A DNA stretch of 64,000 nt from Patescibacteria group bacterium (GTDB taxonomy: Bacteria > Patescibacteriota > Patescibacteriia > UBA1558 > UBA10009): contig JBAZSE010000003.1 of assembly GCA_041662565.1 (NCBI GenBank), forward strand, positions 108,636-172,635, given 5' to 3'. The first letter of the stretch is position 1. Each line of letters begins with the position of its first letter. Position numbers and translations under genes: made by a program. Positions 57,698 to 64,000 of the stretch are shown in pieces. The notes below the pieces were generated by a model, which had not been told where the DNA came from, did no database searches, and worked only from the letters and a program-made list of their open reading frames with translations.

Positions 57698-58933
57698 CTA
57701 CTCATATCTTAGGGCCTCAATGGGATCCAAATGAGCTGCCCGCTTGGCCGGAAAATATCCGAAAATTATGCCAATGCCTGCCGAAACAGCCACACTAACA
57801 GCAATAGACAAAGGCGAAACAATAAATTCCCAAGCATAACCCAAATAACCGGCAACTAAAGCCACAAGGCCTGCCACGCCTGCGCCCAGCAAAACTCCGA
57901 TAATACCGGCTAAAGAAGTTAAAATCATGGCCTCAACCAAGAATTGCTTTAAAATACTACCCTCCTGGGCGCCCACTGCTTTGCGCAAACCTATTTCTCT
58001 AGTGCGTTCGGTTACCGCCACATACATAATGTTCATAATACCCACTCCGCCCACCAATAAAGAGATGGCAGCAATGGCTGCCAAAAAAAACTTTAAAGCA
58101 TTGGTAATTGTAGAAAGAGCCGCTAAAGCTTCGGCCTGATCTCTAACATCAAAATCGTCATTATTGGCTTTTTGGATATTATGCCGCGCTCGCAACACTT
58201 CTTTGATGCCAACAATGGCTTGAGGCACTTCTTCGGAACTGCGAATTTTAGCCCTGATTAAATGAAGATAATTAATGCCTAACAACAATTTTTGTCCGGA
58301 GGAAATAGGTAAAAAAACTTGGCTATCCGGGCTTTGAAAACCAACCGATCCCCTTTCCTTAATAACGCCGATAACTTCAAAACTTTCCCGCTTGATTTTT
58401 AAATGTTGACCCAAAGGATCCTGATCACCAAATAAATCATGAGCCGCTTTGGAACCAAGCACTACCACTCTGGCAACTCCCTTTTCTTCCGATTCACTAA
58501 AAAACCGGCCTTGAACCAAAGTAACATCTTCGACCGAAGTATAACTGGCCATCGTGCCCAAAAAAGTTGCGGAAATTTTTTGATTCTGCCAGGTGATTGT
58601 TTCGTTACCTTGAACAAAAGCAGCCACGGCTAACACTTCCGGTACTTGTTTTAAAATCGCCTCGGCATCGGCGGTTTTTAAGGTAGTAACCGTAATGCCA
58701 TAAGCAATGGCGGGTGGACCGTCTTTATCGGCTGCTCCAGGCATAATGCCAACTAAATTGGAACCGACTTTTTCTATTTGGGAAAAAATCAAACTTTGTG
58801 CTCCGGCGCCAACCGACATTATGATAATAACCGAAGAAATGCCGATGATAATACCCAGCATGGTTAAAAAACTGCGGGTTTTATTGGACCGCAAGCTGAT
58901 AAACGAAAGCTTAATGATGCTTGAAAGATTCAT
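57698..58933 (-). CDS. MacB/FtsX-family ABC permease
   Basis: RSFLTMLGIIIG, VTERTREIGLRKAVGA, LDPIEALRYE. Confidence 0.95.
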   Translation of the reverse strand: MNLSSIIKLSFISLRSNKTRSFLTMLGIIIGISSVIIIMSVGAGAQSLIFSQIEKVGSNLVGIMPGAADKDGPPAIAYGITVTTLKTADAEAILKQVPEVLAVAAFVQGNETITWQNQKISATFLGTMASYTSVEDVTLVQGRFFSESEEKGVARVVVLGSKAAHDLFGDQDPLGQHLKIKRESFEVIGVIKERGSVGFQSPDSQVFLPISSGQKLLLGINYLHLIRAKIRSSEEVPQAIVGIKEVLRARHNIQKANNDDFDVRDQAEALAALSTITNALKFFLAAIAAISLLVGGVGIMNIMYVAVTERTREIGLRKAVGAQEGSILKQFLVEAMILTSLAGIIGVLLGAGVAGLVALVAGYLGYAWEFIVSPLSIAVSVAVSAGIGIIFGYFPAKRAAHLDPIEALRYE

Positions 58934-58936
58934 AAA

Positions 58937-59013
58937 CGTGTATCGCGTATCGTGTATCCTGTATCGCGTAACGCATCAACAATAAAACTGGATACAGGTT
59001 ACACGATACACGA
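58937..59013. repeat. 7-mer tandem repeats in inverted arrangement
   Basis: cgtgtat-cgcgtat-cgtgtat-cctgtat-cgcgtaa ... gatacag-gttacac-gatacac. Confidence 0.8.
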
Positions 59014-59727
59014 CTATTTAACCAATTCGCCATCTTTGGTTGAACGCCGTTTTTCTACCTGGTAATCCTGAACAATGGCGCCATCGTATAATTTAATGAT
59101 TCTTTGGGCATGGTTGGCGGTATCCTGTTCGTGAGTTACCAAGATAATTGTTTTTCCTTGAGAATTTAATTTTTCTAAAATTTCCATGATTTGGTTGCCG
59201 GATTTGGAATCCAAATTACCGGTTGGTTCATCGGCAAAAATCACGCTGGGATTGTTAACCAACGCCCTGGCAATAGCCACCCTTTGTTTTTCACCGCCCG
59301 AAAGCTGAGAAGGAACATGATTAATCCGATGGGTCAAACCCACGGCCTCAATGGCCTCTTTGGCGATTTTTTCCTTATGAGGAATGTTATTATAAATCAA
59401 AGGAAGTTTAACGTTTTCCAAAACAGTGGTTTTAGGCAGTAAAAAAAACGATTGAAACACAAAACCGACCTCATTATTCCTAATCAAAGCAAGTTTTAAA
59501 TCGTCAAAATCTTTGGTTTCTTGGCCTTTAAACAAATAACTACCTTCGGTGAGATGGTCTAAAAACCCCAAAATGTGCATTAAGGTGGATTTGCCGGAAC
59601 CAGATGGGCCCATAATGGCCACAAACTCGCCCTGTTTAATTTCAAAATTAAGGCCGCCTAAAACAGAAGTCACAACTTCATCATTAACGTAATTTTTGGT
59701 TAAATTGGCAACCTTAATTAAATCCAT
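59014..59727 (-). CDS. ABC transporter ATP-binding protein (LolD/MacB type)
   Basis: [33 protein letters not shown]. Confidence 0.96.
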   Translation of the reverse strand: MDLIKVANLTKNYVNDEVVTSVLGGLNFEIKQGEFVAIMGPSGSGKSTLMHILGFLDHLTEGSYLFKGQETKDFDDLKLALIRNNEVGFVFQSFFLLPKTTVLENVKLPLIYNNIPHKEKIAKEAIEAVGLTHRINHVPSQLSGGEKQRVAIARALVNNPSVIFADEPTGNLDSKSGNQIMEILEKLNSQGKTIILVTHEQDTANHAQRIIKLYDGAIVQDYQVEKRRSTKDGELVK

Positions 59728-59733
59728 CTGGGT

Positions 59734-61401
59734 TTATTTAGTTTCTTTAACAAAAGTGATAATTGTTTCGCCTTCGGTTAAGCCCGATAAAATTTCAATC
59801 AAACCGTCATCTGCCCGCAAACCCGTCATCACTTCTTTTTCCTGGGGCAAATTATTGGCTAAAACCTTAACCAAGCGAGTAGCACCTTTTTCCACTACTG
59901 CCCTCTGAGGAATATACAAAACATCCTGACGTTGATTGGTTAAGATAATGATATTGGCGGTCATGCCGGATTTAATATCGGTTTCTTTTTGGTCAAAGGT
60001 AACTTTGACTTTGTAATAGACAACATCGTTTATAATAGTTTCGGCAGGATCAATAAAAGTCACGTGGCTGGGGAAAACCCGATCTTCGTCAAAAGCATCC
60101 AAAGTTACCGAAGCCAAATCCCCAACTTTTATTTTGGCGATATCCGATTCCGGCACATCAACTTTGATTTCAAAATTACTAACCCCGATCAAAGAAGCTG
60201 CCACCTGGTTAACCCCCACGTATTCGCCTTTTTCGTAATTGATTTTGGTAATCAAACCATCAACCGGGGCTCGCAAACTGTAATCGGATAAATCAGCCAA
60301 GGCCTTTTGCAAATTGGCTTTGGCCTGGGCCACTTTAGCTTGAGCCAAATCCAGTTGAAAATCCCTAGGCCCGGCCTTTTTAAGATCCAATTGGGCTAAA
60401 GCAATATCCCAAGCCGCCCGAGAGGCGATTAAATTATTTTCCGCGTCTTTTAAGCCGTTTTCATATTCCACTGATTTGGTTTGCAAACTGGATTTAGCCG
60501 TTTGGCCTGCGGAAATTTTAGTTGCCAAAGCGGTTTGGTCGGTGGTAACAGTGCTCTTAAAGGTATCGATTTGGGTTTGGCTTAAATTGCCGCCCGGTGC
60601 GGCCTTACTTAACAAATCATAAGTAATGTCCAAAATTTCATCAACCGCTTTAAGCGAGCCATCCACCACATCCAATAACGCCACTAAATCGCCAATGGAA
60701 CTATTGACCGAATATTGATTGATGATACTTTCCAAATTATTTCTTTTAAGGATGGCTTGGTCATAACTATTTGAAGCTTTGGTGTAAGTAAAACCGAAAA
60801 CCTTAAAATAGTCCTTATAATCGGCGCTGTTGATAATATAATTAACATCTTCCAAAGATGATTTAGCCAAAAACAAACTTTCATTGGCCTTATTTAAGGC
60901 CTGTTCTTTTAAAGAATTTAAATTTTGCTCATTTTCCGCCTTGGTCTGGCTTAAATTTGCTTCAGCGGTAACAAAATTTGCCCTAGCTTGATCCAATTGA
61001 GCCTGAGTAACACTTAATTCTTCCTGGCTGGAACCCGCCTTAACGCTGGCTAAATCGGCATTGGCTTGAGCGAGCGAGGCCTGGGCAGCCGAAACAATGC
61101 TTGAGGCCTGGCCTGAACCCAAACTCATTATTAATTGTCCTGCCTTTACTTCGGTGCCGGCTAAGACATAAATTTTTTGCACCTGGCCGCCGATTTGGAA
61201 ATTTAGGTTTGTTTCCGAGGTTGATTCCACTTTGCCGGTAGCCGAAACGGTTTGAATTAAGTTGCCCCGTTTAACAACTTCGGTTAAATAATTGCCGGTT
61301 AGGTCTTTATTTTTATTCTTTAAAAACAAGACCGAACCAACAGCTAAAAGCGCAATAATCAGCCAAAATGTTTTTGATTTGATAATTTTTTTAAACCACA
61401 T
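59734..61401 (-). CDS. MacA/HlyD-type membrane fusion (adaptor) protein with long coiled coil
   Basis: N-terminal TM, VSATGKV, LRAPVDG, VPESDI, IKSGMTAN. Confidence 0.92.
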   Translation of the reverse strand: MWFKKIIKSKTFWLIIALLAVGSVLFLKNKNKDLTGNYLTEVVKRGNLIQTVSATGKVESTSETNLNFQIGGQVQKIYVLAGTEVKAGQLIMSLGSGQASSIVSAAQASLAQANADLASVKAGSSQEELSVTQAQLDQARANFVTAEANLSQTKAENEQNLNSLKEQALNKANESLFLAKSSLEDVNYIINSADYKDYFKVFGFTYTKASNSYDQAILKRNNLESIINQYSVNSSIGDLVALLDVVDGSLKAVDEILDITYDLLSKAAPGGNLSQTQIDTFKSTVTTDQTALATKISAGQTAKSSLQTKSVEYENGLKDAENNLIASRAAWDIALAQLDLKKAGPRDFQLDLAQAKVAQAKANLQKALADLSDYSLRAPVDGLITKINYEKGEYVGVNQVAASLIGVSNFEIKVDVPESDIAKIKVGDLASVTLDAFDEDRVFPSHVTFIDPAETIINDVVYYKVKVTFDQKETDIKSGMTANIIILTNQRQDVLYIPQRAVVEKGATRLVKVLANNLPQEKEVMTGLRADDGLIEILSGLTEGETIITFVKETK

Positions 61402-61432
61402 ATGAAATTATTTTTCTTTGATTAATTAAGCC

Positions 61433-61461
61433 ATTATAGCCCCAAAAAGCCAATTTGTCAA
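61433..61461 (-). promoter_or_regulatory. Consensus sigma70 promoter of the MacAB-like operon
   Basis: TTGACA-17nt-TATAAT. Confidence 0.75.
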
Positions 61462-61510
61462 CAAAAAAATTTGCCCAAAAAATAAGACAAATTTTTAAAT
61501 AATCCTTAAA

Positions 61511-62635
61511 TTACAAAAACCACAAAGTGTAGGCAATGCCCCCGATAAAAAGCAGAGAAAGTAAAACGACAATTAAAGGATTTTTAGATAACTGATATTC
61601 CGGCACACGCTTGGCTTGCGATCTAAGTTTTAAAAAAATGATGCCAATAATTATACCCTCAATGCCTCCGGCTAAAGAACCGGCCACCGACATAACCTTG
61701 GTAAAGCTGGTAATACCGAAAATAAGCAAAACCAAGGGCAAACTGACTGTTAACAACCAGCTTTTCTTGGCTGAAAAATTAAAATCCAATTGAAAAGTGG
61801 ATTTTAAAGCAAAGCCCAAGGTTAAAAAACCGGTGGCCATGGCAAAAAAAGCAAATAAGTTGCCAAAGACCAGCATCGGTCGCCCTAAAATTTTGCCCAA
61901 ACCAACCGTGGCCACTTCGGTAATATGAACGCCGGATACCCCAAGGGCGATAAAGGTAAATAAAATATAAACCGCCAAAGGAATTAAAGTGCCGATAATA
62001 ATGCTTTTTTTAACTTCTTTTTCCCGACCTTTTAAAACCTGCCTTAAAGCCGGCATGGCCGAAAGTCCGCCCATGGAGAAAAAGATTACTCCATAAGGAA
62101 ATAAAATTTTACTTAAATCAAAAGTTTGTAAATTGGCCAAATGCAAATTACCAAAACTTAGCCAAGCGATTAAAAAAATTACCAGAATTAATAATGAAGT
62201 TAAAATCAGTTCAATTTCTTTTATCACATTAAGGCCCAAATAAAGCAAAGAACTTCCAAAAACAAAAAATATCAAACTGTAAACCATGGGATTACCACCT
62301 GCCAAAGCTGCTAAAACCTGGCCTTCACCGATTAAATACACCAACAAAGCTCCGTAAAAACCCAATAAGACGGGAATAAAAGTTACGTATTTACCAATCT
62401 TGCCCAAATATTTTTCGGCATAGCCGGTTAATTGATGTGAAGATGGGGTGCTTAAGATTATTTCGCCGAATTGCAAATTTACCAACAAAACAGCCAAAGC
62501 CACCACTACCATTAAAATAACCCCGCTTAAAAAGCCGGTTTGGTAAATAGCATAGGGTATACCCAAAACTCCGGCCCCAATGATGGTTCCGACTAAAATG
62601 GCTATGCCCTGAAAAACAGGTTGTTCATTTTTCAT
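61511..62635 (-). CDS. Aromatic amino acid (HAAAP/Mtr-TyrP-like) permease
   Basis: GTIIGAGVLGIPY, about 11 TM helices; start moved to MKNEQP. Confidence 0.88.
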   Translation of the reverse strand: MKNEQPVFQGIAILVGTIIGAGVLGIPYAIYQTGFLSGVILMVVVALAVLLVNLQFGEIILSTPSSHQLTGYAEKYLGKIGKYVTFIPVLLGFYGALLVYLIGEGQVLAALAGGNPMVYSLIFFVFGSSLLYLGLNVIKEIELILTSLLILVIFLIAWLSFGNLHLANLQTFDLSKILFPYGVIFFSMGGLSAMPALRQVLKGREKEVKKSIIIGTLIPLAVYILFTFIALGVSGVHITEVATVGLGKILGRPMLVFGNLFAFFAMATGFLTLGFALKSTFQLDFNFSAKKSWLLTVSLPLVLLIFGITSFTKVMSVAGSLAGGIEGIIIGIIFLKLRSQAKRVPEYQLSKNPLIVVLLSLLFIGGIAYTLWFL

Positions 62636-62652
62636 AAAATTTAAATTACAAT

Positions 62653-63651
62653 TTAAAATTGTTTCCAAATATCCAAAGCTTCATTCCAAATACTACTATC
62701 ACCTTGCTCGCGCAGCCAATACCACCACTCTGCGCCCCACAAATAAACAGGGCTTAAGCCGGTTCTTTTTATATAAGCCAAATTATTCTTAAATTTATCC
62801 AAATTCATAGAATGCATCTGATCGCTTAGCGGAACATTTAAAATAGGCATGCTTAACCAGGGCTCCATTTGCATTTCCGAAACAAAAACCTTATCCACGC
62901 CGGTGATAAACTTAACCAGCTCGCCTTTAAGATAGTAATAGGCCGGTGGCAAGGGATAATAAAAATAACCAAACAACTTATTCCAGGTAATGCGGTAAAC
63001 ACTTACTCCCAGCCAATCGGACCACTTCCCTCCTCTTAACCAAGTAGAAAGCTCGCCTGATTCGGTAATTATCACCGGTCGGGCATCCAAAGATTTAATT
63101 AAAGCGATTTCCTTTTTATAAAATGACAAATCGGATTTAGGGCACTCGCCGAAGATTTTTAAAAATGGTTCATTTTCTACCTGCCAAGCAATTATCCCCG
63201 GTCTGGTTTGATAACGAGAAACAATAGTATTCAATAAAGTTAATATTTGGTTCTGCCTATCGACCTCGTTGTATTGATAAGCCCAAGAAGGCCAATGGCA
63301 TTCGGGCCATCTGGGCACCCTGTTCCCCATGGCTAAAACCACTTGTCCGCCTCTTTGCTCTATTTGGCTTATCTGCCAATCCAAATCGGTAAAATCATAA
63401 TTGTTGGGTTGTTGTTCCAATAGATCCCAATAAGCCACAACTCTAAATTGCCTAACACCTAATTCATCCAATAAACCAGTTAAAACTTTGCGCCAATCCA
63501 AATTTAATGACGTTGCGTATTTTTGGCTGAATGTTATCCCAAAAACAGCGCTTTGTTTTTTGCCAAAATCAGCCAGATACAACCATAAAATAATCAAACC
63601 CAAAAAAAGCAAAAGAATTACATCAATGGTCCATTTAGTTCGCTTAAACAT
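62653..63651 (-). CDS. Membrane-anchored clan GH-A glycoside hydrolase (GH42/GH5-like)
   Basis: N-terminal TM; YWDLLE, YDFTDLDW, WQVENEP acid/base, SEMQMEPW putative nucleophile. Confidence 0.75.
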   Translation of the reverse strand: MFKRTKWTIDVILLLFLGLIILWLYLADFGKKQSAVFGITFSQKYATSLNLDWRKVLTGLLDELGVRQFRVVAYWDLLEQQPNNYDFTDLDWQISQIEQRGGQVVLAMGNRVPRWPECHWPSWAYQYNEVDRQNQILTLLNTIVSRYQTRPGIIAWQVENEPFLKIFGECPKSDLSFYKKEIALIKSLDARPVIITESGELSTWLRGGKWSDWLGVSVYRITWNKLFGYFYYPLPPAYYYLKGELVKFITGVDKVFVSEMQMEPWLSMPILNVPLSDQMHSMNLDKFKNNLAYIKRTGLSPVYLWGAEWWYWLREQGDSSIWNEALDIWKQF

Positions 63652-63658
63652 TGCTTAT

Positions 63659-64000
63659 TTAAATTAGAATCAAAATTACCCCAACAACCAAAAACAAGCT
63701 CCAAAAAACTTTTTGTAAAACGGCTTTTTGATCGAGCGGCTCGTTTATTAAGCGTGGATAAAATTTGGAAAAAAAATAAATCAACAAAAGAATGAAAAGA
63801 AATTGCAGACCGTTTAAAGCTGTTACCACAATAACGTTGCCCAGTTTAACGGCGTATTGCATTAAAATAACTCCCAAACTGCCAACTACTTGTCCAAAAA
63901 TAAAAATACCCAAAGCCGCTTTAACTTTAACCTCTTCTTTTCGTTTGCTTTTGTTTGCCAATAAAACTTCACGCCACTGATTAGCCAGGGTTACATAAAG
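63659..64000 (-). CDS. EamA/DMT-family membrane protein, 3' part; runs off the window end
   Basis: Frame open to the window end; YAVKLGNVIVVTAL...LINE pattern of the DMT C-half. Confidence 0.7.
   Translation of the reverse strand, partial: LYVTLANQWREVLLANKSKRKEEVKVKAALGIFIFGQVVGSLGVILMQYAVKLGNVIVVTALNGLQFLFILLLIYFFSKFYPRLINEPLDQKAVLQKVFWSLFLVVGVILILI

Noticed and set aside
2711-63980. Numerous short ORFs (60-150 aa) in the track overlapping larger genes, mostly antisense
   Set aside because: Shadow frames of well-supported genes with no recognisable motifs
1-64000. CRISPR array, rRNA, integrase/transposase, reverse transcriptase
   Set aside because: No regularly spaced repeat-spacer array and no such motifs seen by eye
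1-64000. Alternative genetic code (UGA=Gly, code 25)
   Set aside because: Conserved genes (mreB at 7573, dnaX, GT4) end properly at TGA and long ORFs are intact under code 11

Overview
64 kb of an AT-rich bacterial chromosome. Gene content points to Patescibacteria/CPR (Parcubacteria-like): short ProS and HrcA, two mreB genes, a solitary VirD4/TraD-like ATPase, few Shine-Dalgarno sites, and TGA used as stop (code 11). Almost all genes are on the minus strand. Core content: RNase P RNA, the mreB-mreC-mreD-mrdA operon plus a second mreB, greA, proS, rseP, frr, holB, rnhA, recJ, dnaX, tRNA-Gln(CTG), a CIRCE-controlled hrcA-grpE-hsp20-orf-dnaK-dnaJ operon and a MacAB-type ABC exporter. Accessory content: (i) a 2591-aa protein with central Gly/Ala-rich membrane helices, a LysM-like segment, an internal duplication and a C-terminal NlpC/P60-like Cys-His domain, co-oriented with a 917-aa acidic protein, a pilin-like gene and a coupling-protein ATPase (best candidate for an undescribed host-attack system; inference only); (ii) a tRNA-adjacent defence island (MTase, putative REase, HEPN/DUF4145-like gene); (iii) a ThDP enzyme plus SSADH gene pair; (iv) an SF2 helicase with four C-terminal repeats; (v) several families of intergenic palindromic repeats, one with covarying stems. 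All product calls come from motif recognition by eye; no database searches were run.
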